Origin: Bacillota bacterium
GTDB lineage: Bacteria > Bacillota > Clostridia > Christensenellales > UMGS416
Length of the DNA: 64,000 nt
Assembly (NCBI GenBank): GCA_023435705.1
Contig: JAEYRH010000016.1
Span: forward strand, 490,890-554,889
Reading direction: 5' to 3'
Shown here: positions 9,708 to 19,531 of the stretch, piece by piece
Numbering within the stretch: the stretch's first letter is position 1
Layout: each line of letters opens with the position of its first letter
Notes under the pieces: generated by a model
Told to the model about the DNA's origin: nothing
Databases searched by the model: none
The model's input: only the letters and a program-made list of their open reading frames with translations
Program-made: the position numbers and the translations under genes

Positions 9708-10832
9708 ATGGAACACTGCAATTTCCTGTCCGAACAGACGCTGCAATACTGGCTTGTGAGGATTGGCGCACGCGAAGACATGTCAGAAGTGCTTTTTGAT
9801 ACAGCGCGGAACATAGCGGCGGACCACCGCCTGAAGGATCTTTTTCTGACTGAGCAGCGGCTGCACGGTGAACAGAATCAATGGCACCGGTCCTGGGACC
9901 CTCTTCCGATGGATGAGGTTGTTTCCCAGGCATTGCCCGAACCATCGCAGTTTTATTATCTGTCGTATTTGAGCGCGCTTCCATGGACTCTCCGGCGGTA
10001 TCAGGAGATGGGCATTCCGGAGCAGGTATATGATCACACGATGGCTCAACTGCCTTTTATGTTTTTGGAGAAGCACGACGCAACAGGCCGATGGGTTTAT
10101 ACGGGGTTTGGTTGGATCTGGCGCCACCTGAGCACCGAATTGTTTCGCCTGGGCCGCATGCAGTATATGGCAATCCAGTATCCCAGGGCGGAGCGTCTAT
10201 TTCGCCACAAAGACGGCGAAGAGTTTGTCATGCTCTGCGATCCGGATCTGGACTTGCGTGAGGATGGTTGGGCCAATGGGGCCGGTGGTCGCTTTGATAC
10301 GCCATGGAGAGGTGTGTTTACTGAAACTGCGGATGCCTGGGCCGGCAACCCGCTGCATCGGGAAGGTTATGTCTTGAAGGATGTAGTGACGTTGCCAAAA
10401 AGCCAGTGGGAGCTTGTCCTTGAGAAAGGCGACTGGGTGCTTGACCTGCATATCCCAAAGGATGGCTCGTTCACACCGGATGAATGCAAAGCCTCCATTG
10501 CCATGGCAGAGCAGTTTTACCAAACCCACTTCCCCCGGATTCACCTAAAAGGCCTTTATTGCCACACATGGCTTTTTACAGCCCAATTAAAGGAGTTTTT
10601 GCCGGCCGGCAGCAATATTCTGGCTTTTCAGGACGAGTTTTACCGCATGCCGACGGCAGGCAGCATGAGCTTTTTGTGGAGCTTCGTCTTTGGCGAAGGC
10701 TATACTCGTGAATCCGCACCGCGAGATACAACGCTACGCCGCAGCGTGCTGGACCATCTGGATCGCGGCGGTGAGATCTTTGATTTGTGCGGCATCACGC
10801 TGCGGGATTCCGACCGTTGGGGAAAAGCATAG
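9708..10832 (+). CDS. Acyltransferase-domain-containing protein (GNAT-like C-terminal domain / DUF5596-type family); function unknown
   Basis: 375-aa product from ATG 9708 (GGAG at 9697). Family assignment is from memory of similar Clostridial proteins annotated as acyltransferase-domain proteins, not from a search. Confidence 0.55.
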   Translation: MEHCNFLSEQTLQYWLVRIGAREDMSEVLFDTARNIAADHRLKDLFLTEQRLHGEQNQWHRSWDPLPMDEVVSQALPEPSQFYYLSYLSALPWTLRRYQEMGIPEQVYDHTMAQLPFMFLEKHDATGRWVYTGFGWIWRHLSTELFRLGRMQYMAIQYPRAERLFRHKDGEEFVMLCDPDLDLREDGWANGAGGRFDTPWRGVFTETADAWAGNPLHREGYVLKDVVTLPKSQWELVLEKGDWVLDLHIPKDGSFTPDECKASIAMAEQFYQTHFPRIHLKGLYCHTWLFTAQLKEFLPAGSNILAFQDEFYRMPTAGSMSFLWSFVFGEGYTRESAPRDTTLRRSVLDHLDRGGEIFDLCGITLRDSDRWGKA

Positions 10833-10922
10833 AAGCATGATGAGGGCTCAAGCCGATTGAGTAAATGCAACAATTGAGTTCATGGATATCGCCATTGATC
10901 CGGATGTTTTGAGGTGTCTCTT

Positions 10923-12299
10923 GTGAAAAAACGCATGTCCAACCCTCTAAGGTCCCTATATGACCAAAATGGGATCTCTGACCCAAGGTTGAGGCGGGAT
11001 CTCAATCTGTTCATATATGCCATTGCTCTCGGCTCAGTTTTTTTCTCTGTCTCCGGTGGCGCGCCGTTCACCGGCTTTGCCAGCGCGTTGGGCACCAACG
11101 ACCTGCAATTCAGCATCCTGATGGCTGTGCCAGTCGCTGTGAGCTTTCTTCAGTTTTTTGCATCCTGGCTCATGGAGCGGACCAAAAAACGAAAACCCAT
11201 GTTTGTCATCGCCGGTATTATTCAGAGAGCACTGTGGATACCGGTAGCCCTGGTGCCTTTGTTTGTCCCGATGGACAAGCCAGTTCTTCGGTTATGGGTT
11301 GTGATTGGGCTGATCTCCATATCCTCCGTGGCAAACATGTTCATGAACGTGTCTTTCTTCTCCTGGCTCGGAGATATCGTCCCAATCCACATCCGTGGTC
11401 GCTATCTGGGCTTGCGTCAAAGCATTCAGATGGCCTCAGGCCTTGTCGCAGCTTTGCTGGCCAGCATGATGCTGGATTTACTCCCGGGTTTAACTGGCTA
11501 CGCGATCGTATTCGGCGCGGTATCCCTGTTCGGTGTTGCAGATATTGCGATGTTTATCTGGATTCGCGACCCGCCGATGCACGTCATGGAGCATGAGCCG
11601 CTGTTCAAGTCTTTCTCCAATGTGCTCAAAAACAAGGGGTTTCTGCTGTATTTGCTGTTTTGGACAGCCTGGATGTTTGCCTGGAACCTGCCAGGCCCAT
11701 TCTACAACAAATATAACATGGACCAATTGGGGCTCTCCCTCTCCATGACGACACTGACTGGCCAGGTGGCTTATGGCGTGATGGCTGTGCTGTTTGTGCA
11801 GTGGTGGGGCCGGCAGTTGGACAAGCATGGCCATTTCTGGGTGCTCTGGCGCTGCGGGCTGGTCCTCTGCGCGTTGCCTTTGGTCTGGGTTTTCGCGGTG
11901 CCCGGGTCTTTCTGGCCCATGCTCGTGTTTTCACTGACAATCGGTGTTTTCTTCAGCGGCGTGGATCTGACTCAGGTGCAAATGCTGGTCACGGTGACGC
12001 CACAGCGCAACCGCAGCATGTATGTGGCGATGTATATGGTGATCACATCAACCGTGGGCATGTCTTTGGCAAATCTGGTTGGCGGAAAGTTGCTCAGCAT
12101 GCTGGGAGAAATAAGCTTCACATTCTGGGGTGTGCATTTCGACCGCTACAAGCTGCTTTTCGCCGGAGCCTGCATACTACGGCTGCTCATCGTATTATTC
12201 CTTTTGCCAGCCATCGCGCATTTGAAACAAGGCAAAAAGGAGAACAATGAAACAAACAGTGAAGGGGTTGATTCGAATGCCGGAAAAGAAACTGCCTGA
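10923..12299 (+). CDS. MFS transporter
   Basis: About 12 hydrophobic helices with a Gly/Pro-rich MFS-like pattern. GAGGTG lies 6 nt upstream of GTG 10923 (alternatives: GTG 10914, ATG 10935). Confidence 0.75.
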   Translation: MKKRMSNPLRSLYDQNGISDPRLRRDLNLFIYAIALGSVFFSVSGGAPFTGFASALGTNDLQFSILMAVPVAVSFLQFFASWLMERTKKRKPMFVIAGIIQRALWIPVALVPLFVPMDKPVLRLWVVIGLISISSVANMFMNVSFFSWLGDIVPIHIRGRYLGLRQSIQMASGLVAALLASMMLDLLPGLTGYAIVFGAVSLFGVADIAMFIWIRDPPMHVMEHEPLFKSFSNVLKNKGFLLYLLFWTAWMFAWNLPGPFYNKYNMDQLGLSLSMTTLTGQVAYGVMAVLFVQWWGRQLDKHGHFWVLWRCGLVLCALPLVWVFAVPGSFWPMLVFSLTIGVFFSGVDLTQVQMLVTVTPQRNRSMYVAMYMVITSTVGMSLANLVGGKLLSMLGEISFTFWGVHFDRYKLLFAGACILRLLIVLFLLPAIAHLKQGKKENNETNSEGVDSNAGKETA

Positions 12300-14079
12300 T
12301 CGCCAATCCGCAGACAGGAAATGGCAATGGAGGCTTGAGGATCTGTATCGCACCAACGAGGAATGGGAAACGGACTACAGGCTCGCCGACGACACCATGC
12401 CAAAGGTAGCTGCCTGGGAGGGCCGCTTGGGCGAATCTGCCGCGGCGCTTCTGCAGGCGCTGGAAGAAATCGCTTCTATTTCACTGATCGTGGAGCGGCT
12501 CTATTGCTATACCCATATGCGCCGTGATGAAGACAATGGCATGAGCCTTTACCAGGGCATGACCGACCGGGCCGGAGCCCTTGGCGTGCGGCTCTCCAGC
12601 GCGCTCTCCTTCTTTGACCCCGAGCTGCTGGCAGTTGATCCCCAACGTCTGGAGAGCTTTTTTCAAGCGGAACCAGGCTTGGCCGTGCACCGGCACAATA
12701 TTGATCTGGTGACCCGACGCCGTGAGCACACCCTTTCGCAGGCGGAAGAGAAACTGCTGGCAATGGCCGGAGAGGTGTTGCAGGGCGCCGGCACTGTCTA
12801 CACGATGTTCAACAACGCGGACCTCAAATTCCCCACGATCAAGGGCGAGGATGGAGAAGATGTCCAGATCACCCATGGGCGCTACATCCCGCTGATGGAA
12901 AGCCGCGACCGCGACGTGAGGAAGGCTGCCTTCCAGGGCCTTTACTCCACATACGGCAGTTTTAAAAACACCGTCGCGGCCACGCTTTCAGCCAGTGTCA
13001 AGGCAGAGTGGTTTGAGTCCAGGGCGCGGAAATTCAACTCGTCGCTGGAGGCTTCGCTTTTTTCCGATGCAGTACCAGTTGAGGTATATGACAGCCTGAT
13101 CGCCGCGGTGCGGGCCCACCTGCCCTCTTTGCACCGCTACATGCGCCTGCGTAAAAAGGCACTCAAGCTGGATGAGCTGCACATGTATGACCTCTATGTG
13201 CCCATCGTGCACGATGTGGAAATGACAGTGGGCTATGAGCAGGCATGCGCGATGGTCGCCGCAGGACTGTCACCGCTGGGCAAAGACTATGTGGACGCGA
13301 TGAAGGGCGGCATGGGCGCAGGCTGGGTGGATGTGTATGAAAACCAGGGCAAGACCGCCGGTGCCTATTCCTGGGGCGTATGGGGCACCCACCCCTATGT
13401 GCTGCTCAATTGGAACGACACGCTGGACAATGCTTTCACACTGGCCCACGAGTTTGGCCATGCGATGCACAGCTATTACTCCGACAGGCAGCCCTATGTG
13501 ATCGCGCAATACCCGATCCTGCTGGCGGAAGTGGCATCCACCTGCAACGAAGCGCTGTTTATGGACCATATGCTCAAGAGCACCTCCGACAAGGGGCAGC
13601 GGATGTTTCTGCTGAACCAAACGCTGGAGCAGGTGCGCACCACGGTGATCCGTCAGGTGATGTTTGCAGAGTTTGAGAAAATCATCCACGGCATGGCCGC
13701 CAAGGATGAGCCGCTGACTCCCGAATCCATCTGCGCGGTTTACCACCAGCTCAATGTGGACTACTACGGCCCCGATATGGTGGTGGATGAGGAGATTGAC
13801 ATGGAGTGGGCCCGCATCTCCCACTTCTACCGAAGCTTCTATGTGTATAAATATGCCACCGGTTATGCCAGCGCCATCGCATTGGCCGAGCGCATTCTGG
13901 CCGATGGCGTGGAAGCACGAGACCGCTATCTGCGGTTCCTGGGCAGCGGCGGCAGGGATTATCCTTTGAACCTGCTGCGGGAAGCGGGGGTGGATCTGAC
14001 AAAGCCTGACGCCGTGGAAGCCTGCCTCAAGAAGTTTGGAATGGCCGTTGCTGAAATGGAAGGGCTTCTTATGGTATAA
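12247..14079 (+). CDS. pepF: Oligoendopeptidase F (M3B family)
   Basis: HEFGH zinc motif (LAHEFGHAMHSYY) and a PepF-like N-terminus (WRLEDLY). AAGGAG lies 5 nt upstream of ATG 12247; ATG 12277 (MPEKKLPDR) is an alternative start. Overlaps the MFS 3' end. Confidence 0.85.
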   Translation: MKQTVKGLIRMPEKKLPDRQSADRKWQWRLEDLYRTNEEWETDYRLADDTMPKVAAWEGRLGESAAALLQALEEIASISLIVERLYCYTHMRRDEDNGMSLYQGMTDRAGALGVRLSSALSFFDPELLAVDPQRLESFFQAEPGLAVHRHNIDLVTRRREHTLSQAEEKLLAMAGEVLQGAGTVYTMFNNADLKFPTIKGEDGEDVQITHGRYIPLMESRDRDVRKAAFQGLYSTYGSFKNTVAATLSASVKAEWFESRARKFNSSLEASLFSDAVPVEVYDSLIAAVRAHLPSLHRYMRLRKKALKLDELHMYDLYVPIVHDVEMTVGYEQACAMVAAGLSPLGKDYVDAMKGGMGAGWVDVYENQGKTAGAYSWGVWGTHPYVLLNWNDTLDNAFTLAHEFGHAMHSYYSDRQPYVIAQYPILLAEVASTCNEALFMDHMLKSTSDKGQRMFLLNQTLEQVRTTVIRQVMFAEFEKIIHGMAAKDEPLTPESICAVYHQLNVDYYGPDMVVDEEIDMEWARISHFYRSFYVYKYATGYASAIALAERILADGVEARDRYLRFLGSGGRDYPLNLLREAGVDLTKPDAVEACLKKFGMAVAEMEGLLMV

Positions 14080-14111
14080 TGTGGATATGCCACTGTAAAG
14101 GAGATTGAAAG

Positions 14112-14918
14112 ATGAAGCTTGCATTCTCAACGCTTGGCTGCCCTGAGTGGGGATGGGATGATGTGTTGTCCGCTGCTTCTGACCTTGGCTATGATGGGGT
14201 GGAAATCCGCGGGCTCAGCAACGAATTGTACTCTCCGTCCATTTCGGAATTTTCACACCGCCACATCGGCCAGACGAAAGACAGGCTTGCCAAGCTGGGT
14301 CTGGAGATCCCTTGCCTTGCATCGGCCTGTGTGTTTGGAGCGGAGTCCGGTTATCAATCGGCGCTGGCGGAAGGGCGCGCATATATAGACACTGCAAAGG
14401 CTGTTGGCGCTCAGTTTGTGCGTGTGATGTGCGAGGGCACGGCAGCTCCGGAAAAAAATGTGGATACTTCCCTGGTCAAGAAGGCGCTCTGTGAGCTTGG
14501 CAATTATGCCGCTCCCCGTGGCGTAACTGTGTTGCTGGAAACCAACGGTTGGTATGCAGACAGCCGCAGGCTTGCGCAGCTATATTCTGAAATTGAGGAG
14601 CCCGGGCTTGGCCTACTCTGGGATGTGCACCATCCGTATCGATTCTTTGGCGAAAAGCCCGCCGAGACACTGGCCCGCATCGGCAAATGGGTGCGCTACA
14701 TCCATATCAAGGATTCGGTGATTGAAGATGGACGGGTTCGCTATCGCATGCTTGGTGAAGGCAATTTGCCAATAAAAGACTTCATATCCGCCCTTGATGA
14801 CATCGGCTATGATGGATGGTATACTCTTGAGTGGATCCGGCGATGGGATATGTCACTGGAAGAACCAGGCATCGCGTTTGCACATTATATCGACTATATG
14901 CGTGGGTTGAAAAAATAG
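14112..14918 (+). CDS. Sugar phosphate isomerase/epimerase (xylose-isomerase-like TIM barrel)
   Basis: MKLAFSTLGCPEWGWDDV...GYDGVEIR...LLETNG...WDVHH...HIKD...YDGWYTLEW pattern of the AP_endonuc_2 fold. Confidence 0.75.
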   Translation: MKLAFSTLGCPEWGWDDVLSAASDLGYDGVEIRGLSNELYSPSISEFSHRHIGQTKDRLAKLGLEIPCLASACVFGAESGYQSALAEGRAYIDTAKAVGAQFVRVMCEGTAAPEKNVDTSLVKKALCELGNYAAPRGVTVLLETNGWYADSRRLAQLYSEIEEPGLGLLWDVHHPYRFFGEKPAETLARIGKWVRYIHIKDSVIEDGRVRYRMLGEGNLPIKDFISALDDIGYDGWYTLEWIRRWDMSLEEPGIAFAHYIDYMRGLKK

Positions 14919-14938
14919 CATCACTGAGGAGAAGATAT

Positions 14939-15418
14939 ATGAAAAAGGTAGTGACAATTCTGGTCGTTGTGGTGCTCCTGGCATCCATGCTGTTGCTGGG
15001 TGGCTGCGGCGGAGGGAAACTGAAAATGGTCACAGGTCGGTGGAAACTGGCCACCGTTGGTGCCGGTAACGGCGGAAATCAACAGCAGTATTATCTGCCT
15101 TTATCTGTGGATATTTATCCCAATGGCACTCTCAACATGTTTGACGAGCCGTTTGGAAAGTGGACCATGGACCGGGATACCTTCACGTTTAAAAGTGACG
15201 ACGGAGAGATGGACGTAACCGGTTCGTTCAAGATCGATTTTGTGGAAGACGAAAACACCGGCAACACGATTCCCCAACTCACCGTCTATCCAGACGATGT
15301 GGACGCCAGCTATATTCTGACCAAGGTCGCCGACCTAGGCCCGCTGGAATCAGCACTACGGGCATCAGCGGCAGCTCAATCTGCTGCTCCAACCGTTGCA
15401 CCCACAGCCACCAAGTAA
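14939..15418 (+). CDS. Hypothetical lipoprotein
   Basis: MKKVVTILVVVVLLASMLLLGGC is a signal peptide with a lipobox (LLGGC). GAGGAG SD upstream of ATG 14939. Confidence 0.7.
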   Translation: MKKVVTILVVVVLLASMLLLGGCGGGKLKMVTGRWKLATVGAGNGGNQQQYYLPLSVDIYPNGTLNMFDEPFGKWTMDRDTFTFKSDDGEMDVTGSFKIDFVEDENTGNTIPQLTVYPDDVDASYILTKVADLGPLESALRASAAAQSAAPTVAPTATK

Positions 15419-15433
15419 TATGCTGGTTCATTC

Positions 15434-15462
15434 AGAAGAGGCCCGTCGGGCCTCTTTTGTTG
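15434..15462. terminator. Bidirectional intrinsic terminator
   Basis: Stem AAGAGGCCC/GGGCCTCTT (15436-15456), followed by TTTGTTG on the plus strand and preceded by A/T-rich sequence. Sits between convergent genes. Confidence 0.75.
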
Positions 15463-15463
15463 T

Positions 15464-16555
15464 CTATCCAAGCGCGTCTTTTAGCAGATCCCGCACTTCC
15501 TCTTGTTTTTCAAATAGCAGGCACCCTCCGGCATGCTCACCCATCAGAAACCCACCCTCCCGCATTTTGCTGAGAAATGGCGATTGCAGCGCCTGTACGA
15601 GCGAAATATCCTTCAGATTGGTATCGGAATAGGGTGAGAACGGGCATGGCTCCACGCTTCCATCCATGTTGATGTGCACAAAGCCCCTGCCCGCAGCCAA
15701 GCAGCCGCCGGTTTCCTTCTCGTCGCCTGGGAAGGAAACGATGAGCATCCCAGACGTATCCTTCAGGACTTTTGTTTTTTCCTCAAGCACCACCCTGTCC
15801 TGCGCCGTGGGGGCCAAGTGGGCACTGATCTGGTCAGCCGGCACATACTCCACATAAAACACAAGGCTGCAGCCTTTCTCTCTCAACCCATTGGCAAAAC
15901 CCGATGCTGTGACGCTCGTGATGTTTTCGCTGGTGACCGTAATGGATGTGCCAAAGAAAACGCGCCTTGCTTTCAAAGCTGCCATCGCTTCGTTCACTTT
16001 CTCATAAACCCCTGAGCCACGCCGGCCGTCGGTGGTTTCCTGATTGCCTTCCAGGCTGATCACGGGGATCAGGTTACGGTGCATTTCAAAGAAACTCAAC
16101 ATTTGCCCGTTGATCAATGTGCCATTGGTAAACACGGGGAAAATGATTTCCGGATACTTTCCCGCCGCTTCCAGCACATCAAAGCGCAGCATCGGCTCGC
16201 CTCCGGCCAGCAGGATGAAGCACACCCCCATTTCCTTCGCTTCTGTAAATAGTGTATCCCACCGGGATGCGTCAAGCGGCTGCTTTCCCTGCAAACCACC
16301 GCACCCCTGTTGGTTTGCCCGGGCATAACACCCGGTGCAAAACAGGTTGCAGTTGGCAGTAATGCTGGCAATCAAAAAAGGAGGCACATGCAAGCCGGAC
16401 GCTTCCAGCATCTCCCGGCGTTTCTGAGACTTTGTGAGGTTTTTCAGGAAAGCCCTCAGGAATCTCAGCTGTGCAGGGTTGCCAACTGCAGCTTTCAACG
16501 AATCCAGAAGCAATGTGCGGATACCTGCGCTCATGTGTGACAGAAGATTGATCAT
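15464..16555 (-). CDS. Radical SAM protein, substrate unknown
   Basis: CNLFCTGCYA is the CxxxCxxC 4Fe-4S/SAM motif; GGEPML follows. GGAG lies 8 nt upstream of ATG 16555. Confidence 0.8.
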   Translation of the reverse strand: MINLLSHMSAGIRTLLLDSLKAAVGNPAQLRFLRAFLKNLTKSQKRREMLEASGLHVPPFLIASITANCNLFCTGCYARANQQGCGGLQGKQPLDASRWDTLFTEAKEMGVCFILLAGGEPMLRFDVLEAAGKYPEIIFPVFTNGTLINGQMLSFFEMHRNLIPVISLEGNQETTDGRRGSGVYEKVNEAMAALKARRVFFGTSITVTSENITSVTASGFANGLREKGCSLVFYVEYVPADQISAHLAPTAQDRVVLEEKTKVLKDTSGMLIVSFPGDEKETGGCLAAGRGFVHINMDGSVEPCPFSPYSDTNLKDISLVQALQSPFLSKMREGGFLMGEHAGGCLLFEKQEEVRDLLKDALG

Positions 16556-16783
16556 CTGATTGCTCCAAGCAATTTATCTATTGGTCGTTTGACACTGCAT
16601 TGAGGTTCAGTGCCAGGATGAACAACAGTACCAGTATACAAGTTATGCTACCGTTGGCAATGGGATTCCGCTCACGGCAACGGATTCTTGTAGCAAACCG
16701 ACATATTGCTTGTTTATCCACTGTTTATATTGTAAGATAGTGATGCAGTTATTCATCACTTGTCGATATACGGAGGATTACTC

Positions 16784-17671
16784 ATGGCTGAAATGAACTA
16801 TATCATTACAACTGATTCCAACACCGAGTTACCACTGTCCGTCGCCAAAGAATATAACGTCACGTATGTACCAATGGATTATTTGCTGGATGGTGAGGAA
16901 TACTTCTACGACCTCGGTGAACACACCGATTTCAAGGCCTTTTTCAACGCGGTGCGCTCCGGGAAACTGCCCACCACCTCCACCTATCCGCCGCAATACT
17001 ATGTGGACCTGTGGCGGCCCATGCTGGAGTCGGGAAAAGACGTGCTGCATCTTGGGTTTTCGTCCAAGCTCTCCGCCGCATATGGCTATCTTTCCGATGC
17101 ACGTGATCTGCTGAACGGCGAGTTTTGCGACTCCGGCAGGCGCGTGGTCACTGTGGACCTCAAGGGCATCTCCGGTGGGGCTGCTGTGCTCGTTTATCGC
17201 GCGCTGCAGCAGTATCGGGCTGGTAAATCGATCAACGAGGTGGCAGCCTGGGTGGAGCAAAACGCCGATCACGCCCAGCATTGGTTCACCGTGAACGATC
17301 TGAACCACTTGCGGCGCGGCGGCAGGCTTTCTGCCACCACGGCCATAGTAGGCTCGGTGCTCAATGTCAAGCCCATCCTGATCCTCAACAAGGAAGGCCG
17401 CGTGGTCCCCCTGGACAAGGTGATGGGCCGGCGCAAGGCCATCAACTACCTGTCGGAAAAAGTACGCGAATATGCCCTGGATGCCGAGAATAACGCATTA
17501 GTGATCCTGCACGGTGACTGCCTGGAGGACGCTGAGGAGTTGCAGAAGCTGGTAGAGGCACACACCAAGTTCAAGGAAGTGTTTGTGCAGTTTGTGGGGC
17601 CTGTGATCGGCACCCATGCCGGGCCAGATGTGCTTGGTATCTGCTTTATGGGCAAAGAAAAACCAGAATAA
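16784..17671 (+). CDS. DegV family fatty-acid-binding protein
   Basis: YIITTDSNTELPLSVAKEYNVTYVPM...TSTYPP... DegV pattern. GGAGG lies 8 nt upstream of ATG 16784. Confidence 0.85.
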   Translation: MAEMNYIITTDSNTELPLSVAKEYNVTYVPMDYLLDGEEYFYDLGEHTDFKAFFNAVRSGKLPTTSTYPPQYYVDLWRPMLESGKDVLHLGFSSKLSAAYGYLSDARDLLNGEFCDSGRRVVTVDLKGISGGAAVLVYRALQQYRAGKSINEVAAWVEQNADHAQHWFTVNDLNHLRRGGRLSATTAIVGSVLNVKPILILNKEGRVVPLDKVMGRRKAINYLSEKVREYALDAENNALVILHGDCLEDAEELQKLVEAHTKFKEVFVQFVGPVIGTHAGPDVLGICFMGKEKPE

Positions 17672-17675
17672 ACAC

Positions 17676-17704
17676 AAAGGCGGAGGGATCATCCCTCCGC
17701 CTTT
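17676..17704. terminator. Bidirectional intrinsic terminator
   Basis: Perfect palindrome AAAGGCGGAGGGAT-c-ATCCCTCCGCCTTT between the convergent degV and kdgK genes. Confidence 0.8.
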
Positions 17705-17730
17705 CTTATCTCCAGTATCTCCAGATCTTT

Positions 17731-18723
17731 TTATCTTTGCACGCGCCCCGTGCCGTCGCCACCCATCAGTGTTTGGACCTCCTGCACCGATACGAGGTTA
17801 TAGTCCCCCGCGATTGTATGCTTTAAGGCTGCCGCAGCCACTGCGAATTCCAATGACTGCTGCGGCTCCATGCCTCCTGTCAGGCCATAGATAAGCCCGG
17901 CGCTGAAGGAGTCTCCCCCGCCCACCCGGTCCACAATGCGGATGTCATAATGCTTCGAATGGAAAAACTGGCCGCCCTGATACAACATCGCAGACCACCC
18001 GTTATCGGAAGCAGAGATGCTCTCCCGGATGGTGAATGCTGTTGTCTTGATGGCATGCTTCTCCTCCAGATATCTTGCCATCTTCTGGCAGCGATCCAAG
18101 GTGAATGGCTGATCCACGTCCACAGGCACCACATCGGCTGGGTTGATGGCCACATCAACATAATCAAACAGGGTGCTCATCACTTCGGTGGCTTTCTCAA
18201 TGCTCCAGAGCTTCTTGCGGTAGTTCACATCGCAGCTCACGGTGATGCCGCGGGCATGGGCCGCCTTGCAGGCTGCCAACGTGATGGCTTCCATGTTGCT
18301 GCCCAGCGCCGGCGTGATGCCGGTGAAATGAAACCAATCAGCGCCTTCAAAAATGCGATCCCAGTCAAAATCGTTTTCCGAGGCACAGGCAATGGAAGAG
18401 CCCGCCCGGTCATAGATCACATTGCTGGGCCGCATGGAAGCGCCGGTCTCCAGATAGTAAGTGCCCAATCGGTCACCACCACGAGCAATACAGGAGGTGT
18501 CCACCCCAAAACGCCTGAGCTCGTTGCGGGCAGCATCGCCCAGCAGGTTATGCGGCAGCTTGGTCACATACCGTGCCTCGAGCCCAAAGCCGGCCAACGC
18601 TACGGCCACATTGGCCTCTGCGCCGCCATAAGTGGCGTCAAAGGACCTTGCCTGTAAAAAACGCTGATAACCGGGCGTGGAAAGCCTGAGCATGATCTCC
18701 CCGAAACACACCACTCTTGTCAT
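17731..18723 (-). CDS. kdgK: 2-dehydro-3-deoxygluconokinase (PfkB family)
   Basis: VVCFGEIMLRLSTPGYQRF...YGGAEANVAVALAGFG... and C-terminal GGGDSFSAG motif. Located downstream of eda. Confidence 0.85.
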   Translation of the reverse strand: MTRVVCFGEIMLRLSTPGYQRFLQARSFDATYGGAEANVAVALAGFGLEARYVTKLPHNLLGDAARNELRRFGVDTSCIARGGDRLGTYYLETGASMRPSNVIYDRAGSSIACASENDFDWDRIFEGADWFHFTGITPALGSNMEAITLAACKAAHARGITVSCDVNYRKKLWSIEKATEVMSTLFDYVDVAINPADVVPVDVDQPFTLDRCQKMARYLEEKHAIKTTAFTIRESISASDNGWSAMLYQGGQFFHSKHYDIRIVDRVGGGDSFSAGLIYGLTGGMEPQQSLEFAVAAAALKHTIAGDYNLVSVQEVQTLMGGDGTGRVQR

Positions 18724-18734
18724 ACAACAACCTC

Positions 18735-19382
18735 TCAGATTCCGGCCCTGGCCGCTTGGATGGCACTCATATATTGCCGCGCGATTTCCGTGATTTCTGA
18801 ATATTTACCAGTACTTGCGCCCTTGATGAGCTCGCTACCGGCGCCTAGTGCCACGGCACCCGCCTTGATCCACTCAGATGCGTTGCTGGCGCTGACACCG
18901 CCGGTGGGCATCAGCTTCGCCTGCGGCAGCGGCGCGAGAAGGGATTTGATGATGGATGGCCCAAACAGGTTCGCCGGAAACACCTTCAACACATCAGCCC
19001 CGGCTTCCATCGCCTGCACAGCCTCTTTTGGTGTCATAACCCCGGGCATGCATGCCACGCGGTAGCGGTTGCAGAGCTTCATTGTTGCCTCATCAAAATA
19101 AGGACTCACAACATATTGCGCGCCGGAAAGGATGGCGATGCGGGCCGTTTCTGGATCCAGCACGGTGCCGGCACCCACAATCATCTCCCCATTGGCATAT
19201 TGCCTGGCCAGATCCTCTATGACCCGATGGGCGCCAGGCACAGTGAATGTGATTTCCATCGCGGACACGCCGCCCTCCAGGCAGGCTTCGGCAATCCGTT
19301 TGGCCTGTTCCCCATTGTCAGCACGAACCACGGCGACCAAGCCGCTGCCCAGGATTCTGCCGATGACCTGTTCCTTTTCCAT
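18735..19382 (-). CDS. eda: KDPG/KHG aldolase
   Basis: LVAVVRADNGEQA...GGVSAMEITFTVPGA...GAGTVLD...PGVMTPKE... Eda pattern. GAGGTG SD. Confidence 0.85.
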   Translation of the reverse strand: MEKEQVIGRILGSGLVAVVRADNGEQAKRIAEACLEGGVSAMEITFTVPGAHRVIEDLARQYANGEMIVGAGTVLDPETARIAILSGAQYVVSPYFDEATMKLCNRYRVACMPGVMTPKEAVQAMEAGADVLKVFPANLFGPSIIKSLLAPLPQAKLMPTGGVSASNASEWIKAGAVALGAGSELIKGASTGKYSEITEIARQYMSAIQAARAGI

Positions 19383-19480
19383 CCCAGCACCTCTTTCATA
19401 CTGCAGTCAATATTTTACACCGGTTGGATGTTTTTTTCCATGGCCAGCCAATATCATGAGTGCAATCAGCAACAAACTCA

Positions 19481-19513
19481 AATAACCCTGCGCCGGTTGG
19501 CGACAGGGTTATT
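19481..19513 (-). terminator. Intrinsic terminator downstream of efp
   Basis: Stem AATAACCCTG/CAGGGTTATT, followed on the minus strand by TTGAGTTTGTTG. Confidence 0.6.
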
Positions 19514-19531
19514 CCATATCAACTGGGTGCC

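Noticed and set aside
16556-16783. RiPP precursor peptide upstream of the radical SAM gene.
   Set aside because: The only minus-strand ORFs are 8-10 codons (MSVCYKNPLP, MQCQTTNR), with no SD and no leader/core features.
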